The position numbers were made by a program, and so were the translations under genes. A stretch of 64,000 bases of DNA, taken from Camelus ferus. Its lineage: Eukaryota. Numbering within the stretch: position 1 is the stretch's first letter; every line of letters begins with the position of its first letter. The notes beneath the pieces are model-generated. The model searched no databases and had not been told where the DNA came from. It saw only the letters and a program-made list of their open reading frames with translations. The stretch spans positions 61,692,001-61,756,000 of the forward strand of contig NC_045696.1 in assembly GCF_009834535.1 (NCBI RefSeq), written 5' to 3'. Below are positions 24,170 to 36,687 of the stretch, piece by piece.

Positions 24170-25800
24170 AATCAGCTTCATTGAGTTTGGCAATTATATA
24201 CACCCATGTAACCACTACCCCAATCAAAATATAGAACATTTCCATCATCTCCAAAAATACTCATACGCTAGTTGCAGTTATTCTCCTTATCCATACCCAC
24301 ACTCAGCCAACCAATAATCTACTTTCTATCATTCAATAGATTTTCTAGAATTTTATATAAATGAAATCGCATGGTATGTACTTCTTGATATCTGGCTCCT
24401 TTCATTCAGCATTATATCAATAAGATTCAACCATGTTTTGTGTGGCGTTAATTTGTTCTTTTTGTTGCAGAGTATTGAAATTTGTTTATTCATTCATGTA
24501 TCTAAGGCATTGGAGTCATTTCTAGGCTTGGGGTTGTGATAAGTAAAACTGTAATGAACATTTGTGTACAAGTCTTTGTGTGGACATATTTTCATTAATT
24601 TTGGGTAAATATCGATAGACAGAATTTCTGGATATATGGTAGATAAATGCTGAATTTTTTAAGAAACTGCCAGACTCTTTTCCAAAGCATTCATACTGTT
24701 TCACATTCAGCATCAACATCTCATACACCAAAAATGTATGAGAGTTCTATTTCTGTCACATCCTTACCAACACATGGTATGGTTAGTCTTCTTAATTTTA
24801 GACATTCTGGTGGAGATGTAGTGGTATCTCGTAGTTTTAATTTGTATTTCCCTGATGACCGATGACATCGAGCATCTTTTCATGTGCTTATGGGCTGCTG
24901 GTGTATCTTCCTTTGTGAAGTGTCTTAGTGTTTTGTCCATTTTTAAACTGGGTTGTTTGTCATTTTATTATTGCGTTTTAAGAATTCTAATTTTGATGGA
25001 GTATAGTTTATCAATTTTTTTTTGTTTGTAGTTCATGGGTTTTGTGTCCTGTGAAAGAAATCCTTGCCTATTCCAGGATAGTGGAAATTTTCTTTTAGAA
25101 GTGTTATATGGGATATGATCCTTTTTTTTTTTTGTATGGAGGTACTGGGGATTGAACTCAGGAGCTTGTGCATGCGAAGCACATGCTCTGCCACTGAGCC
25201 ATACCCACCCCCTACCCTGTGTATGGTCCATTTTGAATTAATTTTTGTGTATACTGTTAGGTAAGGGTTAAGGTTAATTTTCCATAAGGATAGCCAGTTG
25301 ATCCAGCATCATTTGGTGAAAAGTCTGTTCTTTCCTCATCAAATTACTTCTACACCTTTGTTAAAAATTTGATTACCTTGTATGTGAACATCTGTTTGTA
25401 TATTGTATTCAGACTGTGGCCCATGGGCCAAATCCTGCTCATTTTGTATTGCCCTTGAGCTAAAGATGATTTTTACAATTTTAAAGGTTGTTTTAAAAAA
25501 AAAGCAAAGAAAAATATTCAACAGAAACTTTATGTGGCTCACAAAGCCTCAATTATTTTACTATTAGGGCCTTCACAGAAAAAGTTTGCCAACCCCTGAT
25601 CTGTATGTCCATCCATATGTCAGTAATGTACTCTTTTGATAACCGTAACTTGATATTACATCTTCAAATCACAGTCCTTCACCTTTTTTTTTTTCAAAGT
25701 TGTTTTGGTTATTCTAGATGTTTTGCATTTTCATATAACTTTTACAATCAGCTTGTAGATTTTTTCAAAAAAGCTTCAGGAAATTTTGATTGGGATTCTA
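24170..25800 (-). mobile_element. Old L1M antisense segment containing a SINE and a MER58-like element (about 25410-25600); further L1 pieces continue at 26346-28250
   Basis: L1 antisense phrases. MER58-like end CAGAAAAAGTTTGCCAACCCCTG. Confidence 0.72.
25122..25214 (-). mobile_element. tRNA-derived SINE
   Basis: Poly(T)-GTATGGAGGTACTGGGGATTGAACTC...CCACTGAGCCATACCCACCCC on the plus strand. Confidence 0.85.
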
Positions 25801-26345
25801 TTAAAGAACTTCAGAGGCAAGTTCTTTGACTCAGATTTTCGTTCTTGCAAAGGACTCCTCATTTGTGGTATCATATGCAACTAATGGCTGCCTGTACTCC
25901 TCTGTAGTACATTGCTGCTAAGATACCGTTCTTGACCAGCTGTATCACATATCCCAAATTTCACATGGCTTTAAAAAACAGCCCCAGTGGTACTCTCATG
26001 AAATTGGCTCCTCACAAAGAGAAACACTAGGTTTCATTTGCTAATAGCAGGCTCTCCCAGAAGTATTAGTTTGAACTGGCATATTTTATTTCCAGTGTTT
26101 GGCCGTTTGGATCTTGTTACTCGTTGATTAGCCATGTTCAAATTTGAAAGAAGTCCTTAATTTTAGTCTCTTAGATGAATTTCAAGGATGCAAGGGGTCA
26201 ATTTTTCTCTTTCTGGAGGTGAGGAAACCTGAGACCACACATGGAAGGCTGTGAGGCTGAATCTTTCTGGCAGCAGATCCCAGGCATAGTCTGAAGAACA
26301 AGGCAGTCTGAGGCTGTGGCTTTGGTGGAGGCAGTCTCCTCCTCC
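25801..26345 (-). pseudogene. RAB5A: RAB5A processed pseudogene fragment (5' UTR plus about codons 1-121)
   Basis: Minus-strand ATG at 26135 gives [33 protein letters not shown] versus RAB5[35 protein letters not shown]. Further remnants: GATACAGCTGGTCAAGAACGG (DTAGQER), ATGTACTACAGAGGA (MYYRG), AATGAGGAGTCCTTTGCAAGA (NEESFAR). Intronless, with a stop, deletions and frameshifts. Confidence 0.92.
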
Positions 26346-28415
26346 TGTTGATTTCCAATTTAATTTCATGTGGTTGGAGACCATATTCTGCATGATTTCA
26401 GTTCTTTTAAACTTCTAGAGACTTCTTTTATTGCCCACCATATAGTTTTTCTTATGTACTTAAAAATGTGCTTTTGTTTGGTAGAATGTTCTATAATTCT
26501 CAGATCAAGTAAATTGAAGGTTGTTCATGCCTTCTATATCTTTCCTGATTTTCTATTTGTTCTATCCATTACTGAGAAAAGAGGATCAAAATCTTTTGTT
26601 GTAATTGTGGATTTGTCTGTTTATCCTTGTAGTTCTACCAGTTTTTGCTATTAAGTAAACTAAATGAACACTTTGAAGCTGCTTTTCAGGGCATATAGTA
26701 CATTTAGAATTGCTAAATTTTCCTGATGAATTGATCCATTTATTTTTGTGTAATGTCCTTCTTTATCCCTGACAATGCTCCTTGTCCTGAAGTCTACTTT
26801 TTAAATCGTAGTATAGCTACTCCATATTTATTGTTATTAATATTTGCATATATTTTCTATCCTTTTACTTTTAACTTATCTGTGTGTTTATATTTAATGT
26901 GTTTCTTGTAGACAGCATGTAGTTAAGCGTTGCTATTTTATCCATTTTGTCAGTCCCTATATTCTATTTGGAGTCATTAGACCATTTACTTTTAATGTAA
27001 ATATTGACTTGATTGGTTTGTTTTAAGTCTATCCATCTTGCTACTTTTTTTTCTGTATTTTTTTCTATTTGTTCCGTGGAATCTTTTCTCTCTTTTCTTG
27101 CCTTGCTTTGGACTAAATGGAGTATTTTTTAAGCACTTCCATTTTATCTCCATTTTTGGCTTATTAACTATACTTCTCTCTCTCTTTTTAATTGGTTACT
27201 TTTAGAGTTTGCAATTTTAACTTATCACAGTCTACCTTCATATAATATTATTCCAACCATGAATAATGTATGACTCTTATATCAGAATAGTTCATTTACT
27301 TCTCCTCCTTTTTATGCTATTCTTACCATACATTTATTAACTATGTATTTTTTACTTATGTTTAAAACCTCACCATATATTTTTTATTTTTGCTTTGAAC
27401 AGTCATTTTTTTTGCATTGTTTACTTTAATTATGGTAAAATATCCATAACGTAAAATTTGCCATCTTAACCATTTTTAACTGTATACTTCAGTGGCATTA
27501 AGGACATTCACATTGTTGTGTTACCATGACCACCATCCACCCACAGAACTCTCTTCATCTTGCAAAACTGAAACACTGTACCTTTTAAACAATAACTCCT
27601 CACTCATCCCTTCCCCCAGTCCCTGGCAACCACCATTCTACTTTCTATCTCTTTGGGAATCTCCACTGAACACTGGTCTGTAGGCTTTGGTTGGTTGGAA
27701 TGCAGATGTCTCCCAACCCTATGTAAAATTTCAGAATTTCTCATCTTTCAGTTCCCAGGTCATTCTTTGTCCAGTATTGTGGAGTTACACCTTACTCATA
27801 CTTATCTTAGTATTCAACAAAAACTTAAGGGGACTCCAATTCAGACCTCTAGAACTCTTTCTACAAAGTTCTCTCCTCTCTGGAACTTAGTGCTGTGATT
27901 TCTAGCTGCTTAAGCCTCCCTTATCTTCTATCTCTATTTTCTCACTTAAGCAAAACCACTGTGCTTTGGACTGCCTTCCCTGCACTTGGTCCAAAATGGG
28001 CCTTCAGATAGAAAGCTGGGACAATTATACATTTAGGTTTATAATCTACTTCAAATTAATATTTGTATATACTATGATGTAGAGGTCAAAGTTTAATTTT
28101 TTCTATATAGATATACAGTTGTTTGAGTACTATTTGCTGAAAAGATGACCCTTTCCCCCATCAAATTATATTGGCACCTTTCTTTTAAAAAAGTGTGTGC
28201 CCATTTCTGGACTCTATTCCTTTCCACTGATCTTTGTTTTCACACTAATACTATTATGAAAGAGCTAATGAGTGATGTGATATAAATATTTTTTATAATC
28301 TAATTTTGAAAAGCTAATTTGAAATGTAGTATTTCTACTAATTTGAATGTAATGTTATACTATCTCATTTAACAATTGAATGAAGAGATTTACTTTAAGC
28401 ATACTTGTTTTGCAG

Positions 28416-28557
28416 AGAACTGTTAATAAAAGTGAAATTTGGAGAGAGCATTGAGGACTTACAGACTTGCCGACTCTTACTTAGACAGTACATCCCGACA
28501 GGACTTTTTGTGGATCCTTATGAGTTGGCTTCATTACAAGAGAGAAACATAACAGAG
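28416..28557 (+). CDS. PIGX: PIGX exon 3
   Basis: TTTTGCAG|A GAA CTG...ACA GAG|GTAC = ELLIKVKFGESIEDLQTCRLLLRQYIPTGLFVDPYELASLQERNITE. 142 nt; phases match the neighbouring exons. Confidence 0.96.
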
Positions 28558-30556
28558 GTACAACTGTTAGAGGATGTTTTTGAGAGAGAAGTTATCTTAG
28601 GAATGCTATAATTTGGATTAAGACAAAATAGTAGATAAGATAACATTGTAGTATTTTTTATTCATTTTTGTTTAAGTGTGTAAAAGTAATTATTCTTAGA
28701 TAGGATGGGACTATTCTTTAAAAAGTAAGTGACACTTGTCATACTTGTCAGTAATAAGCCAACTAAACTGAATTAGTTAAAGCTTGTCTTTGAGAAGATT
28801 AATGATTAATACTGCTTCAACAGAAACTTTGTTAAATTGATGTATAACCCAACATGTGTATCACTTGGGTATGGGAGGAAATGAAATGAATATTGGATAT
28901 CTATATACCAGATATCTTCATATTTTTTAAAGGAAACAAGGTGAAATTAAGCATTCTAAGAAAGATTATGTCCCACACCCTTTACATAAATTAATCTTTA
29001 TAACAACCTTGGAAGTATTCCATTTTGTAGATAAAGATACAGGCACAAAGAATCTAAATAGTTTATCTAAGAACTTACAGGTAAATAGAAGAGCCAAGAA
29101 ATGAATGAAGGATTGTCTAATTGCAAAGTTGTTGTTCTTTCTGGAAATGAATCATGCTTCTTAGTTAGTTTCTCTAACTTTGATAAGAATCATCTGGGAA
29201 CACTTTTTGTACAGATCATTGTCTTCTTGAGAGAGCTTAACTCAGCAGGTCATATTGGACCCAAAAATCTGTTAATGACTCAGTGATTCCTATAAAGAAA
29301 TTTTGGGAAACATGGTCTTAGTTCATAATTCTATATATGAATTTTAAAAAGGCAAAATGGATACACTTGGAGTCCATGATGGCAGTTTATTTCTAATTGT
29401 GGTTTAGGCCAGTTTCTTCACCTGTTTTATTTGTTCACATTTCGTTTTGACTAGGTAATTACATTCTCATGGTTGAAAATTCAGGAGGTATAAAAAGGTA
29501 TACAATGATAAGCTTTCACCTATTTTAACTCCCAGTCACCAAGTTTCTTTCTGTGTTTTGTTTTTTTGTGTGTACATATGACAGTTTAGATACATATGTT
29601 CACATATATAGAGTTTAGATACGTTTACACATGTGGGAAGATGCCATTGCTTTTTTTTCTCATTTGTTTCTTTTTTTCACTGAGCCATGAATTCAGAATG
29701 AGGGTTTTTAATTTTTAAATAATATGTTTCAAATTTGGCTTGTAGTGACATGGATTAGAAACATACTTAAACCTACTTAATAAAATTGCTTACCATGTTT
29801 TAATAAAATTGAATTTTTTTGCATTATGAGTACCCAAAAAGAGGTCATATACTCACACCTTTGACTGGGATGAGGTAAGGATATATGCAGGTAGATTGTA
29901 ACAAAAAAATAGAGTGGGTAAAGGGTATGACTATAGATTGATTGACAAGTTTATCTTGATTTTCTGCTTCCTAATTGTCTAATCCCTAATTATAATCTCT
30001 GAAGTACATTTACTCTTTCATTTTGGAAGTTTCTAGAAAAGTAGGTGTCTCATTTGTATAACTGGAAGTTGATTGCTTAATGTACTAGATGTTATTTCCT
30101 TCTGCCTACCTGAATTGACACTGTGGCCCAGTTCTTTCTGAGGAGAAGTGATATTCTATGGTGAGTTTAACTAGATAGAAGGGAATTTATACATAGGGAA
30201 TGATTATTGGTTATGTATTTAGATTGATATCTTGACTATGTTAGATGAGATAAAATTTTTGGCTGTAGTACATATGGGTCCAAATTAAGTGGGGAGTAAG
30301 GCAGCAAAATATTTTGTAGGGAATTCGTGTTGGCTTGTGAGCAATTTGAAAATAAAAACAAGTCTTAAATAGGTTCAACATGGCACCTCAAATGAACTTC
30401 ATTTCATTTTTAGGTAGGACGGATAAATTTAATCAAAATATCTCACATTCTTTGGAAACAGCATAATGTTAGGTTGAAACATATGAAATTGCTGTTTTGT
30501 AGGTCAGAATGGAAATGTGTTTGAAATCATAAGTTTCACTCAATTAAAATGTGTAG

Positions 30557-32780
30557 TCTAAGGATTTCTACTTTGGTCAAGTTGGAGAACAGGGACCAGA
30601 TTTACTTTCCCACTTAAAACAACCAAGAAATAGACAAAATATATTAATAATGGAAAAAATAAGTGAATATCAGGCAGCGAAGGCAGTGATATCTGAGACG
30701 TGGGAAATAGATAAGGTGAACCTTTTGATTGTCCCAGCTTACTGCATGAGAGAGTTTTCAGGCTGTAATGCAGGAAGAGGGAACCTAAGCAGAGCCAGGT
30801 GGATTTCATGAGTTGAGGAGATGAAAGTGAGATTTTGGGAGGACCATGGTCTCTAGAATTCATGAGACAGTGTACCAGAGCGGGGAGAACTGCACAGAGA
30901 GAAACTTCAGAGATCCATGCAAGATTCTTCTTAAGCATGTAGTTAAGTATTGATTAATGCATGCATGTGAGCAAAGTGCTTGATGCTAGGAAAAGAACCA
31001 TATGAAAAAATTAGAGGTGACAGTATCTCACACAGGCCCAGTAGTAGTGCCTGTTCCCACCAGCCAGACTAGGAAATCCGTGTAATTCACTGGGAATTGG
31101 ATAGAGTCAACAGAAGAACTTTTACTCAGTAGTGGGGAATACTCAGTCCTAGACTGAACATTGCTTCAGTCCTACTTAACACATTTTAAAACCAAGAACT
31201 TCCAAAAATCAGACTGTTTGCAAGTACCTTTACTGCATTCCAAACAAAGCTCAAGAATATTTATAGGAATACAGAAATATCTAGCACCCAACAAGATGAA
31301 AATCACAATGTCTTGACTGTAATAAAAAATTAACAGGTATGCAAGGATGTGGGAAAATATAACCTGTAATGAGGAGATAAATGGACCAATCAAAACTAAT
31401 CCAGACTGACCCAGATACCAAAATAAACAGGCTAAGAAAACAGTATGACTGTATTCCATATGTTCAAAAAGTTAAGTACAGAAATAGAAGATATGTAAAA
31501 GAACAATTGAACTTTTAAAGTTTAAGATACGAAGTGTGAGGTAGAAAATATTCTGGATGAAACTCGTGGCAGATAAACGCAGAAGAAAAGATCAATGAAC
31601 TTGAAATCATAGCAACAGAAACTACCAAAAATGTAAAATAGATAAGATAAAAAAAGAAATGTAAGAAGTGAGTGGAGCATTAATGAGTTGTGGGACAACT
31701 TCAATTGGCCTACCATATGTATAACTGGGCTATTTCTAAGAGATAGGTGCACCCCCATGTTCATCACAGCATTATTAACAATAGCCAGGGTATGGAAACA
31801 ACCTAAGTGTCCATTGATGGATGAGTAGACAAGAAAACAGAGCAGCACCATCTTTAAAGTATTGAAAGAAAAAAACCCAGAATTTAGAATTCCGTATCCA
31901 GTGAAAATACCTTTCAAAGTGAAGGTGAAATAAAAGACTTTTTCAGACATACAGGCTGAAAGAATTCATCACCATCAGACCTTCAATATAAGAAATGTTA
32001 AAAGAGGCCCTTCAGGCAGAAAGAAAATGATAATATCTCTCAATATTTGATATAAAAAGTAGACAAAATTGGTATGGATATGGAAGATTTGAACAAAACT
32101 ATCATCCAACTTGACCTAATTGGCATTTATAGAACACTCCATCCAACAACAGCAGAATACACATTCTTTTACGGTGTAAATGGAACATTTACAAAAATAG
32201 ATCATTCTAGGCCATAAAACAAGCCTCAATAAATTTAGAAGAATTCATGTCTTACAAAGAATATTCTCACACTACAAAGGAATTGTATTAGAAATCAAAA
32301 ACAAAAAGATCTCTAGAAAAGCAATTAAATTAGAATTTAAGTTAAAAATCAAGGACAGAAAGATCTCCAGAAAAGCGTCAAACATTTGGGAACTAATTTA
32401 CATACTTCTAAGTAATCCATGGATCAAAAAAGAAATAAAAAAGGAAATAAAGTATTTCAAACTGACTAAAAATGAAAACACAATATATCAAAATCGGGTA
32501 CTGCTAAGGCTGTGTTTAGGGGGAAATTTGTAGTTCTAAAATGCATGTTTTAGAAACAAGAAAAGTCTCAATCAGTATTCTCAGCTAAGCCTCCATAACC
32601 TATGAAAAGAAGAGCACATGAAACCAAAGTAGAAGAATGGAAAAACGTGAAGATTGTAGCAGAAATCAATTAACTAGAAAACAGAAACACAGTAGGGAAA
32701 ATCAGTGAAACCAAAAGCTGGTTTTTTAGATGAATAAAATTGATAAACCCTTAGCCAGACTGATTATAAAAAAAAAAATG
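30557..32780 (+). mobile_element. Old L1M 5' region (5' UTR, ORF1, start of ORF2), decayed
   Basis: A-rich sense strand with AAAGATCAATGAACTTGAA, GAATTCATCACCATCAGACC, CTTGACCTAATTGGCATTTATAGAACACTCCATCCAACAACAGCAGAATACACATTCTT and GAAACCAAAAGCTGGTT. Confidence 0.75.
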
Positions 32781-34689
32781 TACTATTAGAATCAATACCC
32801 CAATGCTAGAAAAGTATTATATATTTCATTTTTATAAAGATTTACATTTTTAGATTATACAAGTTATTCAGACACCAATTACTATGTCTTAATTGGGGAG
32901 TGTTTTTTTTTTTTTTTTTTTTTAAGAGCTCTAGTCTATATGAGAAAGACCTGTCGAATGTTACAGATATGGTACAAAAATTTCATAGTTTAATTCATTT
33001 AACTTTGCTGTGGTAGTTTATGACATGTGTAGTTGAATATTGTCAAGAAACAGTATAGATCCTTGTCTGTTTACCAGTGCATGTTGCTTTAGGAATAATT
33101 TTTGATGCATAATTTCAATTTCTTGGTAACATTCATTGCTATTGTTTTATCATAGTAAAAATGGAATAATGAAATAATGAATTATGATTTTTGCAAATCA
33201 GCATACAATCACTGGACTTTTAGGAGTTGCATTGACAGTTTGGCACATGTTTGGAAGATTTGCCAGCAGCCAGCTATTGTCTAGACCACTTTTGATTGTC
33301 AGGTTATGATTTTCAAAACTGTTTTTCTATTGTTTTGAATCAAAGTGATACCCATACCTCCAACTATCTTGAGATTATGATCACTTGTCAATTGGTGTGG
33401 CTACTTGTACATTTTTGCCCTTCCCTATTGTAGCTAGGTTTCAAGAAATTTATAACCGAAACTCCTGAGTCATCTCTAGGATCTCAGACTGTTGTTTATG
33501 GGCTCGCTTCTGCTAGTTCTTATTTGATCTTGCTTTAAAGTAGATTTGGGTCTCTGTTGAGGTTCATTTTTAAAAATTACCCTCATTTTAAAAATTGAGG
33601 TATAATTCATAAGTCACCCTTTTGAAATGTATAATTTAGTAGTTTTTAGCATATTCATAAAGTTATACAACCATCACCACTATCTAATTCCAGAATATTC
33701 TCATCACCTGCAAAAGAAAACTCCTGTAATGCTGATTTTTGAGATTCAGATACCCAGAATAAAAATTTTTGAACCATCACCAAATAATCCTTTGACCAAC
33801 AGAGCCCTTTCTGAAGGCCAAAATTCCATTTACAGCAGTCTGCCTCATTTTCATTATATCCCAATTTAAATTCATATTTTAAATATTCTCAATTTTGGGA
33901 AGTTGCCATATTTTTATTTCTATAGAAAAAATAAACAAAACAACTCAATAATTAGAGAAGCTGAAGATCATAGTACCATCATAAATTCTAAATAGCAGAA
34001 TTAGGAATATACTTTATACTTAATTTTCAACTAGATAAATATTGGCTATTTTATATTATTTAACCTAATTGAATAGGGGAGTCAGTTTGATCTGGCTTTG
34101 ACTCTTGGCTCCTCTACTTACTGGCTGTAGTATATTGTTTATCCACCCTGATACTTTGTTTGCTCATTTATATAATGGAGCTAAGAGTTCCTACTTGATA
34201 GTGTTCTTGTGAAAATTAAAGGAAACAATGTATATAAACCACTTAGTGAAATACCTAGCTACATAGTAAGTACTCAAAGAAAGTTATCTTTATTATTATC
34301 GGGTCATTATATACGTCCTTGTTGACAAGATAGAAAATTTGGGTTACATGTTATTTTGATTTGTTATCTAGTTGTACCCAAAGAGAATTAGTTCATTAAT
34401 AAATTTCTAGCAGGAGTTCTTTAGTAAAATTCCTTACGGCTTTGCTCTTGTGAGCCTTCTGATTAACATTTTTATCCTTAGATAAAAATACAGAAGACAT
34501 TCATAACATTCATAAATGTTACATATATGTTGGTTAACAGATTGGGATTTCAATTAAATCTCAACAGCCTAGAAAAAGATGGATTATAGCCAGAAAGATA
34601 AAATTTAATAGAGATAAATCTAAAGTCAGCTACTTGAAAAAATAGGATAGGGGTTACTTAAAGTTTTCTGCAAAAAGTTCCAATGAAAA

Positions 34690-35010
34690 ATGTAGGGATG
34701 AATAGGTGGAGCACAGGGTCAGTGAAACTATTCTGTATGATGCTGTAATGGTGGATACATATCATTTTACATTTGTCAAAATCCATAGAATGTACAACAT
34801 GAAGAGTGAACCTTAACTTAAGCTTGGACTTTAGTTAGTAATGTATCAACATTGGCTTATCAATTGTAACAAATGTAGGACACTGATGTTAATGATAGAG
34901 AAAAATATGAGAGGTGTGTGGGGGTGTCTGTGGGAATGCTGTGTATTCTGCTCAGTTTTTCTGTAAACCTAAAACAGCTCTAAAAAATGAAGTCTATTAA
35001 TTTTTAAAAA
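34690..35010 (+). mobile_element. L1MC-like 3' end
   Basis: GTGAAACTATTCTGTATGAT...CATAGAATGTACAAC...TCTGTAAACCTAAAAC...AAGTCTATT. Confidence 0.72.
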
Positions 35011-35677
35011 TAACATATAGTTAGAGAGATAGATATGTATCACACTGAAATGAGGCTGCTAAAAAGCGAATGCAATTTTTGCCAAAGAAGGTAATATTGC
35101 TCCTATTTTCTGAGTATTTCAAAAGGCAACTGATATGGTGAATGGTTTGGAAACCATGTCATGAGAAACTGGGAAAACTGTGAATATTTCTTTGAAGAGG
35201 AGAAAACTTCGTGGAGGCAGCATGGTGAAATAAAGAACATATTTATCGCAGATATTGTAAGCAAGGACAATTGGTGAATTGTTATGGGTCAGAGCATTAA
35301 GTTTCTACTCATAAAAAAGGAATAATTTTAACAGTACATAAAGTGAGATGACTCAAAGTAATGAACTCCTTTCCAGTCACAGAAAGTATTAAAGCAGTGG
35401 CTGGATACCTGAAAAATACCCTCAATGGCACAGTGGTTTAATTTGATCACCTCTGAGGTTCCTTATGACTCATAAGATGATATAATTCCTCGACCTTTGC
35501 CAATGAGTTCTGTTACTCTTATAATGAATATGTGAAAATACAGCACTTGGTCACTATCAAATAGGAGAATTAGGATGCTTGCTGTGGTGGGTAGAAGTTA
35601 ATGCTGGTTTTTTCTCTGAGATACCTTAGGGCTTTGCATAGAGAATCTAGAGAAAACTTGTGTATGTATATTCACCA

Positions 35678-35825
35678 TACACACACACACACACACACAC
35701 GCACACACACAGATTATGTATATGTCGATATACATGTGTATATGTATGTGTATGCGTGTGTAAATTTGGTTTCATAGATAAATATGTACATATTTATACA
35801 GATATATTATGTATACACATGCACA
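35678..35825. repeat. (CA)n and compound (TA/TG) microsatellite
   Basis: ACACACAC...GCACACACAC followed by TATGTATA/TGTG runs. Confidence 0.9.
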
Positions 35826-36473
35826 CGTTATAATTTAGGACTGATTTCTGCCACATGTGCATTTTTACTTTTGGTGTAGAATACTTACTTTAAAATGTTT
35901 TTTTACCATATTATTTTTTAAAAGAATCATTTACCATTTTTTCCATTAACTTTTTATACCCAGTATAGAAAGAGTGCTGACCTTTGCTTTGACTTCCTGA
36001 CCACAATGCTCTATCTTATTCACTACCGTCTTACTTGCTTCTCTGAAGAACAGGAAATTACCAGAAAGATACCAATCATTTTAACCTAATACTGAGTTAA
36101 CTGTTTTTGTCATAGTTTTCATACTTGTTGAATAATGCTATATTATTCACAAAATTTCTTTTCTTGGTACCTGTTTTTTTACCTAAACAAAGGTTGAAAA
36201 GAAAATTACAGAGAAGTCTTTATTATGGGGAAATTTCACACTCCAGTGTGTAATTTTCTCAGTTTACTTTTGGTAAACTTTTATTAAACACAGATCACAT
36301 CTTGTGTTTTCTACATAAAACTGAAGATGAAAGGGCAATGGAAATTGTTTATAAGGGGAGTGTGTTTGACATTGTTGTTCATCTGTATAGCGTTCTTCTG
36401 GTTTTATTTTTGTTTTTTAAATGTTCCTTATTCATTTCTTCTTTTGGATTAATGTTTGTTTTCCTTTTGACAG

Positions 36474-36687
36474 GCAATGATGGTTTCAGAAAATTTTAAT
36501 ATAGAGGCACCCAACTATTTGTCCAAAGAATCTGAAGTTCTCATTTATGTGAGACAAGATTCACAGTGCATTGATTGTTTCCAAGCTTTTTTGCCTGTGC
36601 ACTATCGCTATCATCGGCCACATAGTAAAGATGGAGAAACCTTTATTGTGGTCAATAACCCTGAGTTATTGATGTATTGTGACCAAG
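36474..36687 (+). CDS. PIGX: PIGX exon 4
   Basis: TTTTGACAG|GCA ATG ATG GTT...GAC CAA G|GTAAG = AMMVSENFNIEAPNYLSKESEVLIY...LPVHYRYHRP...LLMYCDQ. Contains the PIG-X/PBN1-family LPVHxRYH motif. 214 nt. Confidence 0.96.

Noticed and set aside
30558..31950. Minus-strand ORFs of 95-142 aa
   Set aside because: Antisense frames of a decayed L1.
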